Assembly (NCBI GenBank): GCA_965220745.1
Contig: CBDCQT010000013.1
Span: 96,001-160,000 of the forward strand
Source: Alphaproteobacteria bacterium
Lineage (GTDB): Bacteria > Pseudomonadota > Alphaproteobacteria > UBA828
Direction: 5' to 3'
Length of the DNA stretch: 64,000 bases
Every line of letters begins with the position of its first letter. Within the stretch, counting starts at the first letter, position 1. Positions 9,729 through 20,020 of the stretch are shown piece by piece. Position numbers and translations under genes: made by a program. The notes under the pieces are model-generated. The model saw only the letters and a list, made by a program, of their open reading frames with translations, was not told the origin of the DNA and ran no database searches.

Positions 9729-12055
9729 TGGCGATCCAGAAGGCCGCCGTCATCGGGGCGGGTCTGATGGGCGGCGGCATCGCCGCCCATATCGCCAACG
9801 CCGGCCACGACGTGGTGCTGCTCGACATCGTACCCGAGGGCGCGAAAGACCGGAACGCGCTGGCCGAGGGCTCGGTGGCGCGGATGCTCAAGACCGACCC
9901 CGCGCCCTTCATGGCGAAGTCGGACGCCAAGCGCATCGCCACCGGCAACGTCGAAGACCACCTGAACCTGCTCGGCGATGCCGACTGGATCGTCGAGGCG
10001 GTGATCGAAAAGGTGGAGGCCAAGCAGGCCATCTACCGCAAGATCGATTCGGTGCGGAAGGCGGGGTCGATCGTTTCGTCCAACACCTCGACCATCCCGT
10101 CCAGCATCCTGCTCGACGGCCTGCCGGAGGAATTCGCGCGGGACTTCCTCATCACCCACTTCTTCAACCCGCCGCGCTACATGCGGCTGCTGGAGGTGGT
10201 GGCAGGGCCGCAGACGCGGGCGGAGGCGGTGGCCGAGGTCTGCGACTTCGCCGACCGCAAGCTCGGCAAGGGCGTGGTGCCCTGCAACGACACACCGGGC
10301 TTCATCGCAAACCGCATCGGCACCTACTGGCTGGTCGCCGCCGTGCGCGCGGCGGTCGAGAACGGGGTGACGGTGGAGGAAGCGGACGCCGTCCTCAGCC
10401 GCCCCATCGGCGTGCCCAAGACCGGCGTGTTCGGCCTGATCGACCTGGTCGGCCTCGACCTGATGCCGCTGGTCGGCCGCAGCCTGAAGGACTCGCTGCC
10501 TGATAGCGATGCCTTCCACGCGGTCTACGACGAGCCCGCGTTCATCACGGAGATGATCGAGAGCGGCTATATCGGCCGCAAGGGCAAGGGCGGCTTCTAC
10601 CGGCTCAAGCCCGATTCGGAGACGAAAGAGAAGGAGGTGCGGGACCTCGCCACCGGCACGTACGGCCCCGCCCAGCGCCCGCGGCTGGAGAGCATCGAGC
10701 AGGCCGGACGCTCGCTCCGCGCGCTCTTCGAGCACCCCGACAAGACCGGCGCCTACGCCTGGCAGGTGATGTCGGGCACGCTCGCATACACCGCCGGCTT
10801 GGTGCCGGAGATCGCCGACGATGTCGAGGCGGTCGATCGCGCCATGCGCCTCGGCTACAACTGGAAACGCGGGCCATTCGAGCTGATCGACGAGGTAGGC
10901 GCCGGCTGGTTCGCGGACAAGCTGGCTGCAGAGGGCAGGGCGGTGCCGCCCCTCCTGCGGGCAGCGGCGGACGGCGACGGCTTCTACCGCATCGCCGAGG
11001 GCCGCGCCGACCATCTCGCCGGCAGCGGCCGCTACACGCCGCTCACCCGGCCGGACGGCGTGCTGCTCCTCTCCGACATCAAGCGCAGCAGCAAGCCGCT
11101 CGCCCGCAACGCCTCGGCGAGCCTCTGGGACATCGGCGACGGCGTCGCCTGCCTCGAATTCCATTCCAAGATGAACGCCCTCGACACCGAGATCATGGCG
11201 CTGGTCGAGCAGTCGGTGGAGATCGTGGGCGAGCGCATGACCGCGCTGGTGATCCACAACGAGGGCAGCAACTTCTCCGTCGGCATGAACCTCGGCCTCG
11301 CGCTCTTCGTCGTCAACGTCGGCGCCTGGCCGATGATCGAGGAGACGATCAAGCAGGGCCAGGCTGCTTTCAGAAGCCTCAAGTTCGCCCCGTTCCCGGT
11401 GGTGGGCGCGCCGTCGGGCATGGCGCTCGGCGGCGGCTGCGAGGTGCTGCTGCACTGCGACGCGGTGCAGGCCCACGCCGAGAGCTACATGGGCCTGGTC
11501 GAGGCCGGAGTCGGTCTCGTGCCCGGCTGGGGCGGTTGCAAGGAGATGATGCTGCGCGGGCTCACCGGCGGCCGGCAAGGATTCGGCGGCGCCATGCCGG
11601 CGATCTCCAAGGTGTTCGAGACCATCGGCCTCGCCAAGGTCTCGCGCTCGGCCAAGCAGGCGCAGAGCCTGGGTTTCCTGCGCGAGGGCGACGGCATCAG
11701 CGCCAACCGCGACCGCCTGCTGGCCGATGCCAAGGCCAAGGCTTTGTCGCTGGCGGAGGACTACACGCCGCCCGAGCCCGCCACGGTCAAGCTGCCCGGC
11801 AAGACCGGGCGCGTCGCGCTCAAGATGGCGGTCAAGGGACTCGCCAAGACCCGCAAGGCGACTGCGCACGATCTGGTGGTGGTGGAGCATCTCGGCAACG
11901 TGCTCACCGGCGGCGAGACCGACGCGGTGCGGGAGATTCCGGAGGACCGTCTCTCCGAGCTGGAATGCGAGGCGCTGCTGGCGCTGATCCGCACGCCCGG
12001 CACCATCGCCCGCATGGAGCACATGCTGGAGACCGGCAAGCCGCTCAGGAACTAG
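9728..12055 (+). CDS. 3-hydroxyacyl-CoA dehydrogenase/enoyl-CoA hydratase (FadN-like)
   Basis: ATG overlaps the thiolase TGA. VIGAGLMGGGIA, SSNTSTI, HFFNPPRY, C-terminal crotonase ALGGGCE, terminal GKPLRN. Confidence 0.92.
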   Translation: MAIQKAAVIGAGLMGGGIAAHIANAGHDVVLLDIVPEGAKDRNALAEGSVARMLKTDPAPFMAKSDAKRIATGNVEDHLNLLGDADWIVEAVIEKVEAKQAIYRKIDSVRKAGSIVSSNTSTIPSSILLDGLPEEFARDFLITHFFNPPRYMRLLEVVAGPQTRAEAVAEVCDFADRKLGKGVVPCNDTPGFIANRIGTYWLVAAVRAAVENGVTVEEADAVLSRPIGVPKTGVFGLIDLVGLDLMPLVGRSLKDSLPDSDAFHAVYDEPAFITEMIESGYIGRKGKGGFYRLKPDSETKEKEVRDLATGTYGPAQRPRLESIEQAGRSLRALFEHPDKTGAYAWQVMSGTLAYTAGLVPEIADDVEAVDRAMRLGYNWKRGPFELIDEVGAGWFADKLAAEGRAVPPLLRAAADGDGFYRIAEGRADHLAGSGRYTPLTRPDGVLLLSDIKRSSKPLARNASASLWDIGDGVACLEFHSKMNALDTEIMALVEQSVEIVGERMTALVIHNEGSNFSVGMNLGLALFVVNVGAWPMIEETIKQGQAAFRSLKFAPFPVVGAPSGMALGGGCEVLLHCDAVQAHAESYMGLVEAGVGLVPGWGGCKEMMLRGLTGGRQGFGGAMPAISKVFETIGLAKVSRSAKQAQSLGFLREGDGISANRDRLLADAKAKALSLAEDYTPPEPATVKLPGKTGRVALKMAVKGLAKTRKATAHDLVVVEHLGNVLTGGETDAVREIPEDRLSELECEALLALIRTPGTIARMEHMLETGKPLRN

Positions 12056-12092
12056 CTGGACAAGCGAGAGCGGCAAGGGGGGGAGGGGCGAC

Positions 12093-12929
12093 ATGAGTGG
12101 CGTGGCCTGGACCCTCGCAGTCGCGCAGATGGATTGCGCCACCGGGGACACGGAAAGCAACCTCGCGACCATCGCCCGTTTCGCCGGCGAGGCCGCGATC
12201 CAGCACGCCGACCTCGTGGTCTTCCCCGAGTGCGCCACCACCGGCTACTTCCTCGGCGACCGGCTCGCCGACCTGGCGGAGCCGCCGGATGGGCCGAGCG
12301 CGCAGCGTCTCGGCGAGATCGCGCGCGAGAACAGGCTCACGATGGCGGTCGGCGCCTACACGCAGCGCGACGGCGGCATCTACGATTCGCAGCTCCTCTT
12401 CGGTCCCGACGGGCGCTGCCTCGCTGTCTACGACAAGGCCCATCTCTTCGCCTCCGAGCGCGAATACTGCCGCGCCGGCGACGAGGCGCGGGTGGTGGAC
12501 ACGGCGCTCGGCAAGATCGGGATGACGGTCTGCTACGACTTCATTTTCGCGGACTACGTGCGGCGCCTGGGCGATCTCGGCGCGGACCTCATCGTCAACA
12601 GCACCAACTGGATCGCCGACGCCTATCAGCGCGAGACCTGGGGCTGGAGCGGGCCGGTGACGCAAGGCCTGGCCGCCACGCGCGCGCTGGAGAACGGCAC
12701 CTTCGTCGCCATGGCGAACCGCGTCGGCGTCGAGGAGCTGGCGCCCGGCCTCTCTTTCACCAGCCTCGGCCACTCCTGCATCGCCGGCCCCTCGGGCAAG
12801 ATTCTCGCCGCGCTCACCGAAGGGGAGGGGCTGGCGGTGGCGCGGATCAACATCGCGCAGGAAGACCTCGACCGCTGGCGCGCCATTGCGACCTACCGCG
12901 CGGACCGCCGCCCCGAGCTCACGTCATGA
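12093..12929 (+). CDS. Carbon-nitrogen hydrolase (nitrilase superfamily)
   Basis: E-K-C triad motifs VFPEC, YDKAHLF and VCYD. Confidence 0.9.
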   Translation: MSGVAWTLAVAQMDCATGDTESNLATIARFAGEAAIQHADLVVFPECATTGYFLGDRLADLAEPPDGPSAQRLGEIARENRLTMAVGAYTQRDGGIYDSQLLFGPDGRCLAVYDKAHLFASEREYCRAGDEARVVDTALGKIGMTVCYDFIFADYVRRLGDLGADLIVNSTNWIADAYQRETWGWSGPVTQGLAATRALENGTFVAMANRVGVEELAPGLSFTSLGHSCIAGPSGKILAALTEGEGLAVARINIAQEDLDRWRAIATYRADRRPELTS

Positions 12930-13981
12930 GCGATGCGCCCGCGTGGCCCGCGCGCATCGCCGACGAGGCCGCGCTCGAAGAGCTGATGACGACGCCGGAC
13001 GAGGTGCTCCGCGCCTCTCTCGCCCGCGTCGACGGCGACGTCGTCGTGCTTGGCGTCGGCGGCAAGATGGGGCCGACCCTCGCCGGTCTCGCCAAACGCG
13101 CCGCGCCGGACAAGCGCGTCGTTGGCGTCGCCCGCTTCACCGACCCGCGCGTGCGCGACAAGCTCGCCGCTTGGGGCGTCGAGGCCATCCAGTGCGATCT
13201 GCTCGACCGCGACGCGGTGGCGGCGCTGCCTCGGCTCCCCAACGTGGTGTTCATGGCCGGCCGCAAGTTCGGCGCGGTGGGCGACGACGACCTGACCTGG
13301 GCGATGAACGCCTACGTGCCGGCCATCGTCGCAGAGACCTTCCACCAATCCCGGATCGTCGCCTTCTCCACCGGTTGCGTCTATCCCTTCGTCGATGTCC
13401 GCCACCAGGGCGCCGTCGAGGAGACGCCGCCCACGCCACCGCCGGGCGAGTACGCGAACTCCTGCGTCGGGCGCGAGCGCCTGATCCAGTATTTCTCGCG
13501 CCGTCTCGGCACGCCGGGGCGGCTGGTGCGGCTCAACTACGCGATCGACATGCGCTACGGCGTGCTGCACGACGTGGCCCGCAAGGTGCGGGACGGCGTG
13601 CCCATCGACCTCACCTCCGGACACGTCAACGTCATCTGGCAGGGGGACGCCAACGCCATGGCGCTGCGCTGCTTCGAGCATTGCACCGTGCCGGCCGCGC
13701 CGATCAACGTGAGCGGACCGGAGACCGTGAGCATCCGCGCGCTGGCTGCAGCCTTCGGCGAGCGGCTCGGCCGTGAGCCCGTGTTCGCCGGCGAGGAGGC
13801 GCCCACCGGCTGGCTCACCAACGCGGAGCGCGCCTTCACGCTCTTCGGCTATCCCCGCGTGCCATTGGGGCGGATGATCGACTGGGTGGCGGACTGGGTC
13901 GCGCGCGACATGCCGAGCCTCGCCAAGCCCACCCAGTACGAGGTGAGGGACGGCGTGTTCTCGGCGCCGGCGGCCTCGTGA
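12926..13981 (+). CDS. NAD-dependent epimerase/dehydratase family protein
   Basis: ATGA overlap with the upstream gene. [40 protein letters not shown]. Confidence 0.85.
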   Translation: MSDAPAWPARIADEAALEELMTTPDEVLRASLARVDGDVVVLGVGGKMGPTLAGLAKRAAPDKRVVGVARFTDPRVRDKLAAWGVEAIQCDLLDRDAVAALPRLPNVVFMAGRKFGAVGDDDLTWAMNAYVPAIVAETFHQSRIVAFSTGCVYPFVDVRHQGAVEETPPTPPPGEYANSCVGRERLIQYFSRRLGTPGRLVRLNYAIDMRYGVLHDVARKVRDGVPIDLTSGHVNVIWQGDANAMALRCFEHCTVPAAPINVSGPETVSIRALAAAFGERLGREPVFAGEEAPTGWLTNAERAFTLFGYPRVPLGRMIDWVADWVARDMPSLAKPTQYEVRDGVFSAPAAS

Positions 13982-15039
13982 GCCTCGCTTGGGGCGACGT
14001 GCCGGCGCCGGTAAGGGCGACGCTCGCGCGGGGCGTGGTGATCCCGGCGCATCCGCTCGCGCTCGACGCCGAGCGCCGGCTGGATGCGGAGCGGCAGCGG
14101 GCGCTCTCCCGCTACTACATCGACGCCGGTGCCGGCGGGCTCGCGGTCGGCGTTCACACCACGCAGTTCGCGATCAGGGAGGCGGGGCTCTACGAGCCGG
14201 TGCTGAAGCTCGCGGCCGAGACCGCCGACGCCTGGACCGACCGGCCGCTGGTGCGGATCGCGGGCCTGGTCGGGCGGACCGAGCAGGCGCTGGCCGAGGC
14301 GGACATCGCCCTCGGCCTCGGCTATCACGCAGGGATGGTGAGCCTCGCCGCGTTCGCCGGCACGAGCGAGAACGAGCGGCTGGAGCATTGCGCCCGGCTC
14401 GCTCAGCGTATCCCGCTGATCGGTTTCTACCTGCAGCCGGCGGTGGGCGGGGTCATGCTGGGGCCCGGCTTCTGGCGCCGCCTCGCTGCGTTGGAGAACG
14501 TGGTGGCGATCAAGATCGCGCCCTTCAACCGCTACCGCACGCTGGACGTGGTGCGCGGCGTGGTCGAGGCCGGCGCCGAGGAGCGCGTGACCCTCTACAC
14601 CGGCAACGACGATCACATCCTGCTGGACCTGGTGACGCCCTGGCGCCTCATGCGCGGTGACGACGCGGTGACCGTGCGCATCAAGGGCGGGCTGCTCGGC
14701 CACTGGAGCGTCTGGGTCAAGCGGGCCGTGGAGCTGCTGGAGCGGGCCCACGCGGCAGCGCAAGCCGGCGCCATCGACGCAGACTTGCTCGCGCTCGACT
14801 CCCAGATCACCGATTGCAACGCCGCGCTCTTCGACGTTGCCAACGACTTCCGGGGCTGCATCGCCGGCTGCCACGAGGTGCTGCGCCGCCAAGGGCTGAT
14901 GCGCGGCATCTGGTGCCTGGACCCTGACGAGGGGCTGAGCCCCGGCCAGGCGGACGAGATCGATCGGGTTTCGGCGGCCTACCCGCACCTCACCGACGAC
15001 GACTTCGTGCGTGCTAATCTCGCGCGCTGGCTTGCATGA
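13978..15039 (+). CDS. Dihydrodipicolinate synthase (class I aldolase) family protein
   Basis: [22 protein letters not shown], Schiff-base Lys in AIKIAPF, LYTGNDD. Confidence 0.85.
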   Translation: MSLAWGDVPAPVRATLARGVVIPAHPLALDAERRLDAERQRALSRYYIDAGAGGLAVGVHTTQFAIREAGLYEPVLKLAAETADAWTDRPLVRIAGLVGRTEQALAEADIALGLGYHAGMVSLAAFAGTSENERLEHCARLAQRIPLIGFYLQPAVGGVMLGPGFWRRLAALENVVAIKIAPFNRYRTLDVVRGVVEAGAEERVTLYTGNDDHILLDLVTPWRLMRGDDAVTVRIKGGLLGHWSVWVKRAVELLERAHAAAQAGAIDADLLALDSQITDCNAALFDVANDFRGCIAGCHEVLRRQGLMRGIWCLDPDEGLSPGQADEIDRVSAAYPHLTDDDFVRANLARWLA

Positions 15040-15048
15040 GGATTACCC

Positions 15049-16044
15049 ATGAACGTGGCGGAACAAGCACAGACCGACGCGGTGCGTACCGGGGCGGTGA
15101 CCTACCTTGCGGCGTCGGTCGAGACCTCGCTCTACCGCAACGGCAAGGTGCTCGTGCGCAGGGATAGCGAAGGCAATGATACCCCGTGGGAGGGCACCGA
15201 GCGGGACAAGCGGCAGGTGTTAATTCACGACGCGCGCGGCCTGGCGGGGCCCGAGCGCCGCACGCTCGAGGCCAATGGCTTTGAAATGCTCGAACGGACG
15301 CTGGCGGCGCCCGCCCTCGACTTTCTGGATCACGAGCAGGTGGTGCGCCGCTACTACCCGCACTGTGCCGATATCGTCCGGGCGCACACTGGCGCGCGCA
15401 TCGTCAAGGCCTTCGACCACAACGTGCGCTCGGCCGCCGGCAAGCTGAGCGGACGCCGCATCGCGGGCGGGCAGCACGTGCAGCGTCCCGCGCACGTGGT
15501 GCACGGCGACTACACGCTGACCAGCGGGCCGCAGCGCCTGCGCGACCTATCGAATCTGCCGACCGTCAACGACACCTACCGCACGCTGATGGCCGACGGC
15601 GAGACGCTGCTCGACGAGACGGATGTTGCGCATGCCCTCGATTCGGGCCGGTTTGCGCTCATCAATCTCTGGCGGAACATCGCCGAGGAGCCGGTTGCGA
15701 CCCATCCGCTCGCGCTCTGCGATGCGGCCAGCGTGCATCCGGACGACCTGGTCGTGTTCGAGATCCACTATGCCGACCGCATCGGCGAGAACTACTTTGC
15801 GAAGCACGCCGACGCCCATCGCTGGTACTTCTATCCCGCGCTCACCCACGACGAGGCGCTGCTGATCAAGCAGTGGGACTCGGCGGGGGGCATGGCGCGC
15901 TCCGAGGGCGCGGCGGCGGACGCGGCGAGCCCTGACGCGCCCTGCACCTTCAGCTTCCACACCGCCTTCGAGGACCCGACGACGGCGCCCGACGCGCCCG
16001 ATCGCTGGAGCATCGAGGTGCGCTGCATCGTGCTCTACGATTAG
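15049..16044 (+). CDS. CmcJ/NvfI-like putative 2OG-Fe(II) oxidoreductase
   Basis: FDHNVR, VHGDYT, INLWR, PLALCDA, HRWYFYP, FHTAF, SIEVR. Confidence 0.8.
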   Translation: MNVAEQAQTDAVRTGAVTYLAASVETSLYRNGKVLVRRDSEGNDTPWEGTERDKRQVLIHDARGLAGPERRTLEANGFEMLERTLAAPALDFLDHEQVVRRYYPHCADIVRAHTGARIVKAFDHNVRSAAGKLSGRRIAGGQHVQRPAHVVHGDYTLTSGPQRLRDLSNLPTVNDTYRTLMADGETLLDETDVAHALDSGRFALINLWRNIAEEPVATHPLALCDAASVHPDDLVVFEIHYADRIGENYFAKHADAHRWYFYPALTHDEALLIKQWDSAGGMARSEGAAADAASPDAPCTFSFHTAFEDPTTAPDAPDRWSIEVRCIVLYD

Positions 16045-16068
16045 AGTGCGCAAACGCGTCGCGGCGCC

Positions 16069-16097
16069 TTGACAGGGGCGGGCGCGATTCTTCTAAT
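16069..16097 (+). promoter_or_regulatory. sigma70 promoter of tRNA-Val
   Basis: TTGACA (16069-16074), 17-bp spacer, TCTAAT (16092-16097), then a GC-rich discriminator. Confidence 0.75.
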
Positions 16098-16109
16098 CGC
16101 CTGCCGGGC

Positions 16110-16184
16110 GGGCGCTTAGCTCAGCGGGAGAGCACCGTCTTCACACGGCGGGGGTCGCTGGTTCAAATCCAGCAGCGCCCACCA
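16110..16184 (+). tRNA. tRNA-Val(CAC)
   Basis: GGGCGCT/AGCGCCC acceptor stem, D-arm AGCTCAGCGGGAGAGC, anticodon loop TTCACAC, GGTTCAAATCC T-arm, encoded CCA. Confidence 0.97.
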
Positions 16185-16258
16185 GCCCGGCCTGCCGCCG
16201 TCGCGATGCGGCAGCCTAGCCGCGCCGTCCGGACGGCAACTCAGCGGGAGCGAGAACG

Positions 16259-17137
16259 ATGGCCGAGGTCGCATGCGTGGTCGATTGCCGGGATCAGCTC
16301 GGTGAGAGCCCGGTCTGGTGCCCCGTGGACCAGCGCCTCTACTGGCTCGACATCAAGGGCCAGTCGATCAGCTGGTTCACGCCGGGCACGGGCGAGTACA
16401 AGCAGGTGCCGGTGGACGAGCAGCCCGGCTCACTGGTACTGCGCGAGCAGGGCGGCATGGTGGTCGCTTTCTACGGCGGCTTCCGCTTCTTCGATCCCGA
16501 GACCGGCGCGGTCGAGACCATCCACGAGGTAGAGACCGACCAGCCCGAGAGCCGCATGAACGACGGCCGCTGCGACCGACAGGGCCGCTTCTGGGCCGGC
16601 AGCATGGACGATGGAATGGTCGGCCGCCCGCTCGGCTCGCTCTATCGGCTGGACCACGACCTCAGCCTGCACAAGACCGAGACCGGCATCGTCGTCTCCA
16701 ACTCGATCGCCTTCAGTCCCGCCGGCGAAGTCATGTATTACGCCGATCTCGACCAGGACGTGATCTGGGCCTACGACCTCGACACTGCCACCGGCGCGAT
16801 CTCCAACAAGCGTGTCTTCGTCGGCCCCGGCAGCGCGCCGGGCATCCCCGACGGCTCCACCGTCGATGCCGAGGGCTACCTCTGGAACGCGCGCTGGAAT
16901 GGCTGGTGCGTCGCCCGCTTCGCGCCGGACGGTACGTTGGACCGCACCATTGAGATGCCGTTCCAGCAGGTCACCTGCCCGATGTTCGGAGGCGCGGACC
17001 TCGACGTGCTCTACGTCACCGGCGCCCGCGTGAACCTGAGCGAGGACGTGCTCGCGAAGCAGGGGCAGGCCGGCAGCCTCTTCGCCGTCACCGGCACGGG
17101 CTGCACCGGCCTGCCCGAGCCCCGCTTCAAGGGCTGA
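16259..17137 (+). CDS. SMP-30/gluconolactonase/LRE family protein
   Basis: LGESPVW, RMNDGRCDRQGRFWAG, SNSIAFSP, PDGSTVDAEG. Confidence 0.92.
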   Translation: MAEVACVVDCRDQLGESPVWCPVDQRLYWLDIKGQSISWFTPGTGEYKQVPVDEQPGSLVLREQGGMVVAFYGGFRFFDPETGAVETIHEVETDQPESRMNDGRCDRQGRFWAGSMDDGMVGRPLGSLYRLDHDLSLHKTETGIVVSNSIAFSPAGEVMYYADLDQDVIWAYDLDTATGAISNKRVFVGPGSAPGIPDGSTVDAEGYLWNARWNGWCVARFAPDGTLDRTIEMPFQQVTCPMFGGADLDVLYVTGARVNLSEDVLAKQGQAGSLFAVTGTGCTGLPEPRFKG

Positions 17138-17170
17138 CCCACGCGGGATCATTGCCGGCCCCGCGACTTA

Positions 17171-17263
17171 TTCATTTCCCTCAAGCGCCGCGCGCTCGCT
17201 CCGCTCGCTTGGCTACGCGCATTCGCGTGCGGCGCAGTCGCGCCGTCCGGGCCTGCGGCCCGG
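17171..17263 (+). repeat. Dispersed structured intergenic element, copy A
   Basis: TTCATTTCCCTCAAGCGCC...GCTCGCTCCGCTCGCTTGGCTAC...CCGGGCCTGCGGCCCGG. Homologous to 53407-53458, 59778-59867 and 63773-63830. Confidence 0.85.
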
Positions 17264-17297
17264 GAGGGCGGAGGGGCGACGAGGATATCGCCACTTT

Positions 17298-17344
17298 CGT
17301 CCCCTCTCCGCCCCTGGGGGCGGAGAGGGACAGGGGGAGGTGGG
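17298..17344 (+). repeat. REP-like palindrome
   Basis: CCCTCTCCGCCCC-T-GGGGGCGGAGAGGG hairpin plus an ACAGGGGGAGGTGGG tail. Near-identical copy at 53497-53542. Confidence 0.8.
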
Positions 17345-17368
17345 AGTGTGCGCCCCGCGACGTCTTTC

Positions 17369-18424
17369 TCAGCCCGCCGGGATCACCCGCGCGGCGCGCA
17401 TGTCGTCGAAGATCTCGATGAAGTTCTGCTCGGTGTCGATGGCTTCGGTGAAGCCGTACTGCAGGCGCTTGGTGTCCTCGAGGATGGTGTCCCAGGTGCG
17501 GCCAAAGTTCCAGTCGGCGAAGCCCCAGTCGCCGAGGTCGGAGAAGTCCATCGGCTTGAGCTGGTGCTTGCGCGCGATCTCGTCCCAGACCGGGCCCTTG
17601 TCCGCCATGAAGTCGGCGAGCTTCATCGGCACGAGAACGCCAGGCCGGCACCCGAAATACTCGGTAAAGAGCGGCCACAGGTTGCACCAGCGCATGCCGG
17701 AGACGTTGGTCACGTTGAAGGCCTCGCCGGCGCAGGCGGGATTCTGGGCGGCCCAGGCGGCGCAGCGGCCCAGCAGCCTCGCGTCGATGAACTTGTTGAA
17801 CGCCGTGAACGCCGCCTCCGGCCCCGGATAGTTGAGCGGCACGTCCAGCTCCTTGCAGATACTGGCATAGACCGCCACCAGCGAGGCGGTGTTGAGCGGA
17901 ATGCCCTCGGCGAAGCCGACCACCGCCTCGGGCCTCAGCATGGTGTAGTGCCAGGACTTGCCCTCGTGCAGCGCGGTGATGAAGTCCTGCTGGTTGTAAT
18001 AGAAGTTGGGCGGCAGATGGCGCGGGTCGGTCTCCTTCGAGGGCGTCTTGTGCGGGCCGAGGTGGACGCCGTAGTACTTGCCGCCCTGCACCAGGATCAC
18101 GCGCTCCAGCGTGGGCGAGATCGGCTCGATCACGCCAACCGAGTTGACCACCAGCGCGAGGTTGCCCTCGACGTTCTCCGCCTCCACGCCGCCGGAGAGG
18201 CCCGCGTAGAAGATGTGGGTGACGTCGGTGAAGCCGGCGAGCTTCTCCTGGGCTTGCGCGTTGTCCAGCAGGTCGACGGAGATGAAGGTGGCTCCGGTCT
18301 CGAAGTTCGCAGGCCGCCGTGACAGCCCGACGATCTCCCACCCGCCTTCGGCCTCGAGAGCCTGGATGATGTTGCGCCCGATCATACCGAGGCCGCCGAC
18401 GACGACCGCCTTACCCTTCGCCAT
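17369..18424 (-). CDS. Extended SDR, PRISE/VEP1 (progesterone 5-beta-reductase)-like
   Basis: ATG at 18424. VVGGLGMIG, GLSRR, GGKYYG, PNFYYNQQD, GEAFNVTN. Confidence 0.8.
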   Translation of the reverse strand: MAKGKAVVVGGLGMIGRNIIQALEAEGGWEIVGLSRRPANFETGATFISVDLLDNAQAQEKLAGFTDVTHIFYAGLSGGVEAENVEGNLALVVNSVGVIEPISPTLERVILVQGGKYYGVHLGPHKTPSKETDPRHLPPNFYYNQQDFITALHEGKSWHYTMLRPEAVVGFAEGIPLNTASLVAVYASICKELDVPLNYPGPEAAFTAFNKFIDARLLGRCAAWAAQNPACAGEAFNVTNVSGMRWCNLWPLFTEYFGCRPGVLVPMKLADFMADKGPVWDEIARKHQLKPMDFSDLGDWGFADWNFGRTWDTILEDTKRLQYGFTEAIDTEQNFIEIFDDMRAARVIPAG

Positions 18425-18589
18425 TCCTTCATCTCCCCATTGCTTTGCTGCGGGCCGCGCCCGGACGGCGCGCATGATAGGCAGCAGGCCTCTGCGGTCA
18501 AACCAGCGGCCGGATCGGGACGGGTAGGGCGATCCGCGCGGGTACGCTAACCTGAGCGCGAACCGCGCGACCGGCTGGGGAGTGACGTC

Positions 18590-19966
18590 ATGGCACGCGA
18601 TTGGAACGAGCTTGAGCGCTGGGACCGGGCCTACTACCTGCACGGCCTGCAGGCTGAGGACGAGCTCAGCATCACGGCGGTCGACAGCACCGACGGCAAC
18701 TATCTCACGCTTGCCGACGGCACGCGGCTGCTCGACTTCATGAGCCAGTTGATCTCCGACAACCTCGGGCACCGGCATCCGGCGATCCACGGCGCGCTGG
18801 CCGAGGCCATGGAGCGCTACGGCCACGTCACCTACACGATGGCGAACGAGTACCGCGCTCGCGCCGCGAAGCTGGTGATCGAGGACATCCTGGGACAGGA
18901 GGGCTGGGCCGGAAGGCTGCGCGTCCTGCCGTCCGGCACCGAGGCGACGGAGAGCTGCATCACCATGGCGCGGCTCTACACCGGGCGCAGCGTCATCCTG
19001 ACCCAGGCCCACTCCTTCCACGGCATGACCGTGGGCGCAACCATGATGCGTGGCTACCGCAACAACATCTCGACCGACGACGGCTTCGCCGACGTCGCCG
19101 ACGTGCCGGGCTGGCCGCCCCACGGCTACATCCCGATCCCGCCGCCGGAGCACGAGGACTGGCAGGCCAACGGGCGGCTGCCGTCTCTGGAGGCTACGGA
19201 GCACATCGTCCGCGCGGTGGGGCCGGAGAACATCGCGGCGGTGATCAGCGAGCCGATGTTCGGCGCGGGCGGCACCCTGCCGCACACGGACTACCTGCCG
19301 GGGCTCCGCGCGCTCTGCGACAAGTACGGCTTCCTCTGGATCGACGACGAGGTGATCACGGGCTTCGGGCGGCTCGGCGAATGGTTCGGCTACATGCACT
19401 GGCCCGGCGTGAAGCCGGACCTGATGGCCGCCGGCAAGGGCATCAACGGCTCTGCGCTGCCGGTCGGCGCCGTGATTGCGAGCGCGCCCATCGCCGACTA
19501 CTTCGAGAAGGCCCGCTGGTGGACCGGCAGCACCTGGGACGGTCATCCGCTGGTCTGCGCCACCATCGTCGGCAACCTCGAATACCTGCTCGCCAACGAC
19601 ATCATGCAGCAGGTGCGCCAGCGCGGCGCCTACCTCAAGGACCGGCTCGACGCGCTGAAGGAGGGGCATCCCTGCGTCGGCCGCGTGTCGGGGCGCGGGC
19701 TCTTCTACACGCTCGATCTCGTCGATAAGAATGGCGAGCCCATCGTGCCCGAGGATCGCTACTCGCCCTTCACCGGCGACCTCGGCACGCATCCCAACGT
19801 CATCGTCGCGGCCGAGAACGCGAAGCGCGGCGTCTTTATGGGCGGCTTTTCGCCCAACACGATCAAGGTCGGCCCGCCGTTCACGATCACCCAGGAGGAG
19901 ATCGACACCGCAGCCGACGCGCTGGACGCCTCGCTCACGGTGATCGACGAGCGCTTCACCCGCTGA
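18590..19966 (+). CDS. Class III PLP-dependent aminotransferase
   Basis: SGTEATE, SFHG, DDEVITGFGRLG, PDLMAAGKG (PLP lysine). Confidence 0.92.
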   Translation: MARDWNELERWDRAYYLHGLQAEDELSITAVDSTDGNYLTLADGTRLLDFMSQLISDNLGHRHPAIHGALAEAMERYGHVTYTMANEYRARAAKLVIEDILGQEGWAGRLRVLPSGTEATESCITMARLYTGRSVILTQAHSFHGMTVGATMMRGYRNNISTDDGFADVADVPGWPPHGYIPIPPPEHEDWQANGRLPSLEATEHIVRAVGPENIAAVISEPMFGAGGTLPHTDYLPGLRALCDKYGFLWIDDEVITGFGRLGEWFGYMHWPGVKPDLMAAGKGINGSALPVGAVIASAPIADYFEKARWWTGSTWDGHPLVCATIVGNLEYLLANDIMQQVRQRGAYLKDRLDALKEGHPCVGRVSGRGLFYTLDLVDKNGEPIVPEDRYSPFTGDLGTHPNVIVAAENAKRGVFMGGFSPNTIKVGPPFTITQEEIDTAADALDASLTVIDERFTR

Positions 19967-20020
19967 GAGATTCGGTTCGCTGTCTCATCCAAGAGGTTTC
20001 TACACTGGCACGGCAGGCGA

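Noticed and set aside
6891-12241. Very long antisense ORFs (900 aa at 6891-9593 and 854 aa at 9677-12241), with similar ones at 45511-47613, 49571-51574 and 60932-62992
   Set aside because: They are shadows of well-supported genes on the opposite strand. High GC3 suppresses stop codons, and they contain no recognisable motifs.
9680-13981. Upstream-extended starts in the ORF track (9680 and 12134; likewise 34926, 35143, 40005, 55167, 56299 and 62962)
   Set aside because: The extensions overlap neighbouring genes. Internal starts with a ribosome-binding site or stop/start coupling fit better.
16110-16260. tRNA-Val as an island integration site
   Set aside because: I found no duplicate of its 3' end, and the flanking genes have host-like composition.
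17369-19792. 807-aa ORF suggesting an N-terminally extended SDR
   Set aside because: The extension is antisense to the aminotransferase. The SDR Rossmann motif begins right after ATG 18424.
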